Shown here: piece after piece, positions 8,775 through 17,516 of the stretch
Numbering within the stretch: the first letter of the stretch is position 1
How the letters are laid out: every line of letters begins with the position of its first letter
Origin: an uncultured Spirochaetaceae bacterium
Lineage (GTDB): Bacteria > Spirochaetota > Spirochaetia > SZUA-6 > DRHE01
Assembly (NCBI GenBank): GCA_964514815.1
Contig: CAZERV010000004.1
Location: 1-53,297 of the forward strand
Reading direction: 5' to 3'
Length of the DNA: 53,297 nucleotides
Notes under the pieces: model-generated
Seen by the model: only the letters and a program-made list of their open reading frames with translations
Databases searched by the model: none
What the model was told of the DNA's origin: nothing
Translations under genes and position numbers: made by a program

Positions 8775-10185
8775 TCTTTGACGAAGCCGCCGCTGCTATT
8801 TCCTCGTGCTCCAGGCGGATTTGTTCCCTGGCCTCCAGGAACTGTTCTTGGAGCTCTATTTTCGAAGGGCAAATATATGTGCAGAGGCCGCAGTTCACAC
8901 AGAGATTCAAGCCTGCCTTTTCCGCTTCATCCAGGGATTCGCGGTAGAGATAGCGGTGTAAGACCTGGGGAATCAGTCTTGCCGGGCAGGCACTCTCGCA
9001 GAGACCGCAGGCAATACACGGGCGTTTTTCTCCTCGCTGCATGGTGGAAATGTGCCGGTCCGGAGCCCCGGTTATCCGGGTGGCGAAGCAGGGCAGGTAA
9101 GAGGTCTTATTAAAGCCGGGCCTGAGAAAGCTAATGAACTGGCGGTCCGCCGCGGAGGGGAGGAAGAAGAAGGCATCGTCGTCGTACCGGACTGAGCCGG
9201 TTGCGGAGTCGACAGGTTCGCCCCTGATAAGTCCGCCGCGAAGAATAAGAGACTCAGGCGGTTTTCCGCGTCCGGGCTTACTGTCTTCAGACATGAGGCC
9301 GCTTACCGGTGTGCCGATCCGGACACAGAGATGTTTCGGACTGGAGTGGCCGGGTCCGCCGGCTGCGACCACCCGCTGGTAAAGGGGGAGACCTTCGGCC
9401 AGACAGGCGCCCAGGGCTTCTACGCCCTGGACATCGATCGCCCAGATAACATCATCCTTCTTAAAAGAAGAATCGCTTTTCCGGATCGCCTGGCTCAGGA
9501 TCTGGGGGTTCTCAATGGGGTAAAGGAGAGGAACGCTGTGGAAGCGGACCCAGGCATGGCCGGCAAGATCAACGTACATCATTCTGGCTACCGGATCACG
9601 ACGGGCGGTCAAGATTATCTGAATGGTGCCGTAATCTGCCAACAGGCGGGGCAGGAACCTGATGCCCGCCACTATGCGATTCCATGAACGGCGCAGGATG
9701 ACTTTGCCTCTTGCCCGGAAAGGCTCGGTCAGGATACAGTTTATTATGATCGCTTTGGGAAGCCGGCTCTCTGTGAGCGCCGGGACTCCCCCGGTCCGGG
9801 AGCTCCAGAAAAGAGGCCAGATCCCTCTTTTGGCCAGCGCCTGGCGCATCTTCTCAGCGGTTATGCGCTGGGGCTGGAATTTTTCATACTTTCCGGTTAT
9901 TATGCTTGCATCGCTTACTTCCAGGGCGAGGCTCTTTTTCCCATTATTTTGGACAAGTGTTACTTTTCCGGAGGCGGGTGAGGGCAGGAGGAGAGTCCCC
10001 CCCTTTGCGGAAGCTTCGGCCAGGGAATCGCCGAACTCGACCTTCTGGCCGTTCTTAACGATTGGTTTATAGCTCAGGCCGCCTCTTTCAAGATTTAATT
10101 GCAGCACCTCCGGTAGAGGAAGCTCCTCAACGATGCTTTGAGGTTTGCCTGAGATTTTGGGAGTATATCCGCCGTGTATCTTCAC
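8749..10185 (-). CDS. nqrA: NQR subunit A-like protein with a C-terminal RnfC-type 2x[4Fe-4S] domain
   Basis: 478 aa. It has an NqrA/RnfC-type N-terminal barrel (GGYTPKISGKP) and lacks an obvious RnfC GGAGFP FMN motif. The C-terminus carries CIACGLCESACP and CVNCGLCTYICP. Confidence 0.8.
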   Translation of the reverse strand: MKIHGGYTPKISGKPQSIVEELPLPEVLQLNLERGGLSYKPIVKNGQKVEFGDSLAEASAKGGTLLLPSPASGKVTLVQNNGKKSLALEVSDASIITGKYEKFQPQRITAEKMRQALAKRGIWPLFWSSRTGGVPALTESRLPKAIIINCILTEPFRARGKVILRRSWNRIVAGIRFLPRLLADYGTIQIILTARRDPVARMMYVDLAGHAWVRFHSVPLLYPIENPQILSQAIRKSDSSFKKDDVIWAIDVQGVEALGACLAEGLPLYQRVVAAGGPGHSSPKHLCVRIGTPVSGLMSEDSKPGRGKPPESLILRGGLIRGEPVDSATGSVRYDDDAFFFLPSAADRQFISFLRPGFNKTSYLPCFATRITGAPDRHISTMQRGEKRPCIACGLCESACPARLIPQVLHRYLYRESLDEAEKAGLNLCVNCGLCTYICPSKIELQEQFLEAREQIRLEHEEIAAAASSKSEKNENPI

Positions 10186-10268
10186 GATGCCGTCCCCAAG
10201 ATAGTTCCTAAAACAGACTATTTTTATAGTCTATGAAACAGTCTTAAGATATTAAATCTAGTAAACCG

Positions 10269-10297
10269 AGTGTAGTTTATTATTTATATTAAGTCAA
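10269..10297 (-). promoter_or_regulatory. Candidate sigma70 promoter of the nqr operon
   Basis: On the minus strand this reads TTGACT-17 nt-TACACT, about 85 nt upstream of the nqrA start. The predicted leader contains a 7-bp hairpin, AGACTAT/ATAGTCT, at 10215-10232. Confidence 0.4.
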
Positions 10298-10366
10298 GCT
10301 GGTTTCATCCTTTAGGGTTGATTAATTGGGCTTATAAATAGCAACGAACTTTTTTGCTTTATTCAA

Positions 10367-10395
10367 TTAACAAGCCTAAAAATTTGTCATATAAT
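10367..10395 (+). promoter_or_regulatory. Candidate sigma70 promoter of the second helical-protein/HK/RR triad
   Basis: TTAACA-17 nt-TATAAT. It is followed by the RBS GAAAGGAGAG and an ATG at 10420. Confidence 0.45.
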
Positions 10396-10419
10396 TTTAA
10401 ATATGAGAAAGGAGAGAAG

Positions 10420-10866
10420 ATGATTGCTTACAAAGACCTTCAGGATGTTTTGAAAATTACCATCGGATGGGAGAAAAAGCTGAATGACCTTTACGATGTG
10501 GCGGAGATCGGGCTTCGCAATAAGGAATCCAGGAAGATAATCGCCTTTCTAAAAGAGAAACAGGTTAGCAACCTGGAGATCCTGGAAAATATAAATATTA
10601 AAGATTACGGGCGAACGGAATGGGTCAGGTTCGCCTCGGACTATCGAGAAGAGGATTTGATACCCCGCCGTAATATAACCAAAGACTCGGCGCCGGAAGA
10701 AATCTTTTCCTATATTCTGGAATACGAGGAGAAGCTGAAAGAGTTTTATTCTTCGATCGTCGGTCTCCTCGTAACGGAGGAGCAGAAAGAGCTCTTTTCC
10801 TCATTAGTAACCTTTAAAGAGAGCCAGATTTCCGAGATTAAAAACCTGATGGCCCGACAGTTTTAG
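10420..10866 (+). CDS. Hypothetical all-helical protein, paralog of 4152-4607
   Basis: The start is set at the ATG preceded by AGGAGAG, because the longer ORF from 10354 would begin upstream of the predicted promoter. Size and helix pattern match 4152-4607. Confidence 0.55.
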   Translation: MIAYKDLQDVLKITIGWEKKLNDLYDVAEIGLRNKESRKIIAFLKEKQVSNLEILENINIKDYGRTEWVRFASDYREEDLIPRRNITKDSAPEEIFSYILEYEEKLKEFYSSIVGLLVTEEQKELFSSLVTFKESQISEIKNLMARQF

Positions 10867-10869
10867 GAT

Positions 10870-12243
10870 GTGCGGATGCAGGTTTCGTCCAAGCTGGAAT
10901 CGACAGAGTATACCGACTTAAATAAAGTCATCGGCTGGTTCATTGCCTTACGCTGGATCGCCTGGCTTGGCGTTTTAATAGCCCTGCTCGTAATCAATTT
11001 CACCTATCACTACGAGCTTTCCTATAACATTCTCTATCCTCTGAACGGGCTGCTCTTCCTGGTTAATTTGAGCTTCACCATCTATTATCATGTTTTTAAG
11101 CAGCGGAACCTCTCCCGCAAGGAGATGGGTATCTTCTTCAATGTCCAGGTCTGTTCCGACTACACCATATTGTTCCTCTTGATTTACTATACCGGGTTTT
11201 TGGAAAACCCCTTTTCTTATTATTTTGTCTTTCACATCATGCTGACCTCTTTCATATTCTCACCCATGGTGGTTTTTATCTATGTCGGCGCGCTGGTTTC
11301 CGTTTTTATCGCCGTTTCTCTGGCCGAGTTTTACCAGCTAATTCCTCATTTTTCCTTGAATATCGCCGCGATCAGCTCTTCCTATTACGATCTGATTTTT
11401 CTCCGGGCTGTCGGTCTGTGTTCGACCTTGATTATTGCAGCGTATTTGATTAACAGCATTAAGATCCGCATTGAAGAGAGAGGCAAAAAAGTAGAGGTAG
11501 AGCTGAGCCATTACAAGAGCCTCGATAAGACAAAGTCGAATTTTATTTTACAGGTCACCCACGAGCTGCGCGGCCCCCTGGCTGCCCTGAAGGGCTACCA
11601 TGAGATGATCCTTAAGGAGATTACCGGCAAAATAGAGCCCAGAACGAGGGAAACTCTTCAGAGGGCGAGCCGCCGGACCGAGAACCTTCTGACCATCATT
11701 GATGAAATGATCGACTTTGCCTATATGAAATCAGAAGAAGAGGTCAGGTATGATAAGACGGACATCCGCCTGAAAGCGATTATTGATTATGATATCGACC
11801 TGTTTGTCAATAGAGCCAGGCAGAGGAATATTCAATTCGTCTCATCCTGTCCGAAGGACCTGACCATTTGGGCCAACAGGGACCTCTTGAATATCATCTT
11901 GTGCAACCTGATCACCAATGCCCTGAGATATTCGCCGGCGGCCAAAACCATTACGATAAATGCCATGGAGGATAATGATAGAATCCATATCCTGGTGAAA
12001 GATGAGGGTATGGGAATCAAACCGGAAGAGCTTCCAAGTATATTCGAGGAGTTCTATAGGAGCCAGCGGGCCCGGGAAATAGAAAGAGACGGAACCGGTC
12101 TCGGACTGCCCATTGTAAAGAGAGCCGTTGAAGTCTTGAATGGAAAGATTACCGTTTATTCAGAGGTAGATAAAGGCTCCAGCTTTCATATATATTTACC
12201 TAAGAAAAATTCCCAAAAGGATAAGGAGGAGGGGCATGGATAA
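10870..12243 (+). CDS. Membrane sensor histidine kinase, paralog of 2717-4135
   Basis: 457 aa with a multi-TM N-terminal half. It has an H-box THELRGPL, an N-box NLITNALRYS, a G1 box KDEGMGI and a G2 box GLGLPIV. Confidence 0.85.
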   Translation: MRMQVSSKLESTEYTDLNKVIGWFIALRWIAWLGVLIALLVINFTYHYELSYNILYPLNGLLFLVNLSFTIYYHVFKQRNLSRKEMGIFFNVQVCSDYTILFLLIYYTGFLENPFSYYFVFHIMLTSFIFSPMVVFIYVGALVSVFIAVSLAEFYQLIPHFSLNIAAISSSYYDLIFLRAVGLCSTLIIAAYLINSIKIRIEERGKKVEVELSHYKSLDKTKSNFILQVTHELRGPLAALKGYHEMILKEITGKIEPRTRETLQRASRRTENLLTIIDEMIDFAYMKSEEEVRYDKTDIRLKAIIDYDIDLFVNRARQRNIQFVSSCPKDLTIWANRDLLNIILCNLITNALRYSPAAKTITINAMEDNDRIHILVKDEGMGIKPEELPSIFEEFYRSQRAREIERDGTGLGLPIVKRAVEVLNGKITVYSEVDKGSSFHIYLPKKNSQKDKEEGHG

Positions 12244-12604
12244 AAACAGAATTTTGATTATCGATGATGATCAGGATATTCTTGAGACTACCGGTTCTCT
12301 TTTAAGCTATGAGGGATTTGAGATTTATTCCGCGGACACGGTTGAAAGGGGAATAGAGATGATCGAGGAAATCTCACCCCATCTCATACTCCTCGATATC
12401 ATGTTTCCCGAGAAAAAGACCCGCGGTTTCGATGCGGCGAATGAGATCAAGGAAAAGTATCCCGATCTGCCCATCTTTGCTTTTACCGCAATTAACCGGG
12501 AATATGCTTTCGATTTTGCCAAAGAAGACTTAAAGGCAGAGGAATTCATCAATAAACCGGTTGAGACCGATAAACTGGTGAAACTGATCAGGAAATACCT
12601 TTAG
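12236..12604 (+). CDS. Stand-alone response regulator receiver, paralog of 2318-2713
   Basis: 122 aa with IIDDD and LILLDIMFPE. It shares the TAIN.E..(F/M)DF block with the other receiver and overlaps the kinase stop by 8 nt. Confidence 0.85.
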   Translation: MDKNRILIIDDDQDILETTGSLLSYEGFEIYSADTVERGIEMIEEISPHLILLDIMFPEKKTRGFDAANEIKEKYPDLPIFAFTAINREYAFDFAKEDLKAEEFINKPVETDKLVKLIRKYL

Positions 12605-12692
12605 AAGCGGATCGAAAATAACCTTAAGAGTCCTGCTTGTTGCTGCAGGCCTTCCACCCGAAGATTAGCTAAGCTGATTTGTCAGCATAGCA

Positions 12693-12721
12693 TTGACATT
12701 AGAAAATGTGTCTGATAAATT
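12693..12721 (+). promoter_or_regulatory. Candidate sigma70 promoter of acs
   Basis: TTGACA-17 nt-TAAATT with a TGn extended -10. The RBS GAGGAGG precedes the ATG at 12750. Confidence 0.4.
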
Positions 12722-12749
12722 CCATTAAACATGTCAGTGAGGAGGCATT

Positions 12750-14660
12750 ATGGCGGATAAACAGGCAGGCCGGAATAACCAGGCGGGGGGTGAATTGTAT
12801 TACCCGTCGAAAGAGGTGACTGCCGGAGTGCATGTCAGGGAGTATGAATCCCTCTACAAGAAATCGATAGAAGACCCGGCCGGCTTTTGGGGCGAGCGCG
12901 CCGAAGAGCTCGAATGGTTCCGGAAGTGGGACAAGGTGCTGGATGACAGCAAAGCGCCCTTCTTCAAATGGTTCGTTGGCGGAAAAACCAACATCGTCCA
13001 CAACGCAATAGACCGCCATCTCAAGACCAATCGAAAAAATAAGCTGGCTTTAATCTGGGTGGGAGAGCCGGGAGATGAGCGCACTTTCTCTTATTTTTCC
13101 CTCAACCGGATAGTATCGAAGTTCGCCAATGTGCTCAAGAGCATGGGGGTCAAGAAGGGGGACATCGTCACCATTTACCTGCCCCGCCTGCCTGAGCAGG
13201 TGATCGCCATGCTGGCCTGCGCCAAGATCGGCGCTGTGCACAGTGTGGTCTACGGCGGCTTCAGCGTGGAGGCCCTGGCCGAGCGTATCGAAGATGCCCA
13301 GAGCCGGGTGCTCATTACCGCGGACGGCGGGTTGCTTCGGGGCAAGATCGTCCCCCTCAAGGAGATCGCAGATGAGGCCATGGCCCGGCAGCCCACGGTG
13401 GAAACCTGCATCGTGGTGAAACGGACCGGGAAGGAAATCTACATGGAAGCCGGCCGCGACTACTGGTACGATGACCTGATGAACCTGCCCATCGCCAGTC
13501 CCGTCTGCCCGACGGAGCCGGTAGACGCCGAAGACCCGCTCTTCATTCTCTACACTTCAGGAACTACCGGCCGGCCCAAAGGGGTTGTGCACACCCACGG
13601 CGGCTACATGGTCTATACCTACACGACCCTGAAATATGTCTTTGATATCAAAGACGAGGACCGCTGGTGGTGCGCCGCCGACCCGGGCTGGATTACGGGC
13701 CACAGCTACATCGTCTATTCTCCGCTCCTGAACGGCGCCACCGGTTTCATGTACGAAGGCGCGCCTACCTATCCCTACCCCAATCGCTGGTGGCAGATGA
13801 TCGAGAGATACGGAATTACCATTCTCTACACGGCGCCTACCGCCATCCGCGGCCTGATGCGCTTCGGAGAAGCCTGGCCCAGGAGGCATGATCTGAGCAG
13901 CCTGCGCCTTCTTGGCACCGTGGGCGAGCCCATTAACCCGGAGGCCTGGAAGTGGTATCACACCGTGATAGGTAAGGAGCGCTGTCCCATCATGGACACC
14001 TGGTGGCAGACCGAGACCGGTGGTTTCATGATCACGCCCCTACCCATCACTCCTTTAAAGCCCGGCTCGGCCACCCGTCCCTTCTTCGGTATCGAGGTGG
14101 ATGTGGTGAATGAAGAAGGCAAGCCTGTTCCGACCCGGGAAGAGGGCTATCTGGTAGTCAAGACCCCGTGGCCCGGCATGCTGCGCACGATCTATAAAGA
14201 CCCGGACCGCTACCGCGAACAGTACTGGGATAAATTCAAGAACATGTACCAGACCGGGGATTCGGCCCGCAAGGATGAGGACGGCTATGTTTGGATCATC
14301 GGCCGCATGGACGACGTGATAAAGGTCAGCGGCTACCGGTTGGGTACGGCAGAGGTGGAAAGCGCCCTGGTAAGCCATCCCGACGTGGCTGAAGCGGCGG
14401 CCATCGGCCTGCCTCACGAAATTAAAGGGAACGCCATCCATGCCTATGTCATCCTGAGAGCAGGCTTGGAGGGAAGCGATGCGCTGGTCAAGGCGCTGCA
14501 GGAGCACGTGGGCCACGAAATGGGCCCCATCGCCAAGCCGGAGAAGATCACTTTTATGGACAGCCTGCCCAAGACGCGGAGCGGCAAGATCATGAGGCGG
14601 CTGCTCAAGTCCCGCGCCCTGGGACAGCCGGACGGCGACATCAGCACGCTGGAAGACTGA
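12750..14660 (+). CDS. acs: Acetyl-CoA synthetase (AMP-forming)
   Basis: 636 aa with the acs-type N-terminus ([14 protein letters not shown]), the AMP-binding motif [12 protein letters not shown], and the C-terminal [12 protein letters not shown] block with the catalytic Lys. Confidence 0.95.
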   Translation: MADKQAGRNNQAGGELYYPSKEVTAGVHVREYESLYKKSIEDPAGFWGERAEELEWFRKWDKVLDDSKAPFFKWFVGGKTNIVHNAIDRHLKTNRKNKLALIWVGEPGDERTFSYFSLNRIVSKFANVLKSMGVKKGDIVTIYLPRLPEQVIAMLACAKIGAVHSVVYGGFSVEALAERIEDAQSRVLITADGGLLRGKIVPLKEIADEAMARQPTVETCIVVKRTGKEIYMEAGRDYWYDDLMNLPIASPVCPTEPVDAEDPLFILYTSGTTGRPKGVVHTHGGYMVYTYTTLKYVFDIKDEDRWWCAADPGWITGHSYIVYSPLLNGATGFMYEGAPTYPYPNRWWQMIERYGITILYTAPTAIRGLMRFGEAWPRRHDLSSLRLLGTVGEPINPEAWKWYHTVIGKERCPIMDTWWQTETGGFMITPLPITPLKPGSATRPFFGIEVDVVNEEGKPVPTREEGYLVVKTPWPGMLRTIYKDPDRYREQYWDKFKNMYQTGDSARKDEDGYVWIIGRMDDVIKVSGYRLGTAEVESALVSHPDVAEAAAIGLPHEIKGNAIHAYVILRAGLEGSDALVKALQEHVGHEMGPIAKPEKITFMDSLPKTRSGKIMRRLLKSRALGQPDGDISTLED

Positions 14661-14859
14661 CCGCTTCCGGTCGAAAGCCTTTCCGTAAGGAAGGTAAGGC
14701 CGGCTGTCTGCCTGGTAGAACCCATTGGCAGGCATAATCATCTCACTCTTAGCCTTTATCAGCAGCAACGTGCCGCAGGAGTTGTAAGAAAGTGATCTGA
14801 GCTGGAACAAGGGGAAGAAGGCTTCAGCCAGATAGGATTAAAGGTAACATCTCTTAAAG

Positions 14860-16256
14860 CTAGGCAGTAATTTCATTTTTCTCGATTTGTTGGTATGATA
14901 TATCTGGTAAGTGCGCCATTACTTTTGCGTGTTCAATAGTCAAGCTTACAAGATTATCTTCATTATCAACATCAATAAATACATTGCCGTCCATTGCCGA
15001 AAGTCGTCTCTCAAAATGATTCACCAGGTCTTCTGCCACAAGAGCAATGCGTTTATCCGTGCCGACCATAGCTTCTAAAGCGGCCCACTTTGTCCGGAGT
15101 TTCTGCTTTTCGGACTCCTCTTCCCCCTCGGTGATCTCTTCGAATTCGGGGTCGATCCTCGGCTTTTCCTCTTCCTTCAATTCAATTTTTGCCAACCGTC
15201 CTTCATAGTAGATTCTTACCATAGCACCATCTTCAACTGCTTGAAGAATGTCATATTTATCAATATAGTCCCCGAACACTGTGGGTGTGCTTCGGTCAGA
15301 AACTTATGGATGGTTGTGAAAACGACCGTATAGCTTCTTAGGTTCTGCCTCGATGCCGCAGGTCGAAGATGCCCGCAGGGTAGGTCTTCATCCCCGGAGG
15401 GGGCCGACAAGGTATATTCCACCGCTTTATTCACTGCATGTAACTGATGATATGCAGCCGCTTTTTTAACAATGCCAGTTCCGTCGTCCTCAAAGACGAC
15501 AAAATTCAGTATGAAATCAAGGAAACGGTGTTTGCCGAAAACTCCCTTCAACAGCACCTCGAGTTCTACTGATCCTGGAGGAGCGACCTCCTTACCATCG
15601 ATAGTGCGCCACGGCATAAACCGGTCCCAATCGCTTGTGAGTGTACCCGTGCGTGCCTCCAGCCCATCGGAGATGACAAGCAGTTCGTTGTAAATAAAGA
15701 GACCGGGAATATCGGTTTTGTAGGTCTGCAACTGGTTGAAGGCCTGGCGGATGGTTGCATTCTCTTCCGCCGGGTTTTTGAGTTCGATAACAGCCAGGGG
15801 CAATCCGTTTACAAACATTAAAATGTCCGGGCGGCGGTTCCTGCGGTTCTCAATGACTGTAAACTGGTTGGCGGCTAGCCAATTATTATTGGAAAGGTCG
15901 TCAAGATCCAGGAGCCAGACCTTATCATGCACCTCGCGACCACCCTGCATGTATGAAACATCAACGCCGTCTGTGAGCATGAGATGGAATCGCTGGTTGT
16001 TCTCGATCAGGCTGGGTGATCCCGGGCGTATGATTTTAAGGACGGCCTCGTCGATCGCATCCGCGGGGATGGTCGGGTTGATATTCTCAAGCGCGGTCCG
16101 GAGCCTTCCTGTCAATACTACCTGGTCGTATTCATCCCGTTCGCAGTCCGATCCGTCCGGGCTGATGTCTGGGCCGAAGATTATGGCATAGCCCTGATCT
16201 TCGAACCAGGACAGGGCAACATCTTCTATGTTGGATTCAGTTAAGCCCCCGCTCAT
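14860..16256 (-). pseudogene. hsdR: Type I restriction enzyme R subunit (hsdR), internally deleted and frameshifted
   Basis: ORF 15216-16256 encodes the HsdR N-terminal nuclease region up to YHQLHAVNKAVE. It then jumps to VVFTTIHKF, so the helicase motif I-II region is missing. ORF 14860-15279, in another frame, encodes the [33 protein letters not shown] block. About 470 aa remain in total, against roughly 1000 aa expected for this family. Confidence 0.75.
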
Positions 16257-17516
16257 GTAATATCTCCTAAATCCTTAAGACGGTATTTTCCCGTTTTCGG
16301 CGGGCCAACAAATTCAATTACTCTTTGCTTCTTCAAAGCTGCGATGTCCCTTTTAGCCGTTTTTTCCGCCACGTTCCAGCGGTGGGCCAGGTCAGCGATC
16401 TTGACCTTTTTCCCTTCCCCAAGCTGATTCAGAAACCACTGCTGCCGTTCATTTACAGGGACATTTACAGGGACATTTGCAGGGACATAAGTCTCTGAAA
16501 GTGCCGTGATCTCCGGATGAGGATAAAATGTCACCCGAAAGGCTGAACCCAGCTCACGCCAGTCGGGAGCAGGATATCCGCCGCTCTGACACGCTGCCAT
16601 TACCCTCCTGTAACCGCTGCCCCATTCTTCCATCAGCCCCAGTTCCCGAAAGACACGAGCGATTACCCGATTACGCACCTTGCTAACCCCGTTCATGAAG
16701 TCTTCCATAGTCATGCCGAAAGGCAGCATGCCGGGATTCTGAATCTCCATTCTGTCGGAGTATATGGCGATTAAAATGTGCATACCTGATAGGGAATAAT
16801 CAGTATGGGCAATCGCATTAACCAGTACTTCCCGTATAGCGACTTCAGGGTATTCCGGAATATCCTGCCGACGCATAGTCCCAATCCGGAAAGAAACTCT
16901 CCCGGATTTTATCGCGACCAAACAGAATAAGACCGCCCTTGGAGACAGGCAGTTTCCCTGCATGGGGTACCAGTACTCCCATGGTTTCAAGCTTACGCTT
17001 ATCAACAGAGCGTCCGACTAAGGTATGAGCCCGTTCTATCCTGGCCATATCCAGATCATGCGAAGTTACATCAGGTAACGGCATCTGGTCATAAGTAAGG
17101 CTGCCCAAAGAGCGTTGCAACTCAGCCAGCAATTCCTCCCCAGCCCTGCGGTTTGTGGAGCCGAGGCGCACATACGCGCCTTTTTCAGGTCCTTCAGCCT
17201 TGAGATAAAACGGGCCACGCCAATGCGGGACTGTAACAATAAGCAGTGGCTTGCCCTCATGAGAGTAGACTTCGATTTCCGGCATCATGGAGGGGCGGAT
17301 ACCATCAGCAATTGCGCTGGCCAAGCGCTCCTCCTCCCGGAGCACATCGTCAACTCCGGTTATCTTTCCCTCATCGGACCGTCCAATGATAAGCGTGCCG
17401 CCTGCCGTATTAGCAAAGGCAACCAGTGTTTTAAGAATTGGTTTCAGCGAGGAAAGATCGCGCTTAAACTCAAGCGTTTTTCCTTCTGGCTGTGAGAAGA
17501 GTTTCTGGAAATTCAT
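16253..17516 (-). pseudogene. AlbA_2 / HATPase_c_4 / wHTH protein (COG2865-type, often annotated RecG-like regulator), frameshifted
   Basis: ORF 16845-17516 carries the N-terminal AlbA_2 (Schlafen-like) domain (EGKTLEFKRDL...AFANTAGGTLIIG). ORF 16253-17005 carries the C-terminal part (EVAIREVLVNAIAHTDYS plus a wHTH). The two ORFs overlap in different frames. Confidence 0.7.

Noticed and set aside
10291-10300. The decamer TTAAGTCAAG recurs at ~10291, ~21578 and ~29881, which suggests a shared regulatory motif across the nqr, Rrf2 and cytochrome upstream regions.
   Set aside because: At 10291 it is simply the reverse complement of the -35 TTGACT of the predicted nqr promoter. The recurrence is largely explained by -35-like sequence. 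Only the Rrf2/cytochrome pairing is kept, as a low-confidence finding.
13557-14810. Long ORFs antisense to acs (13557-13961 and 14055-14810). Similar antisense ORFs occur inside metF (39547-40194), hdrA-like genes (37055-37813, 41417-41977, 42575-43093, 44291-44743), mvhD (45441-46073) and nqrA.
   Set aside because: These are shadow ORFs typical of GC-rich coding DNA. Their translations are Arg/Pro/Gly-rich and of low complexity, without motifs, whereas the opposite strand encodes proteins with clear family signatures.
14661-14860. Possible intrinsic terminator after acs (TGCCTG…CAGGCA). There is a similar weak hairpin after the second receiver gene (about 12640-12657).
   Set aside because: The stems are only 5-6 bp, with long loops or no following T-tract. 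They are not convincing as terminators.
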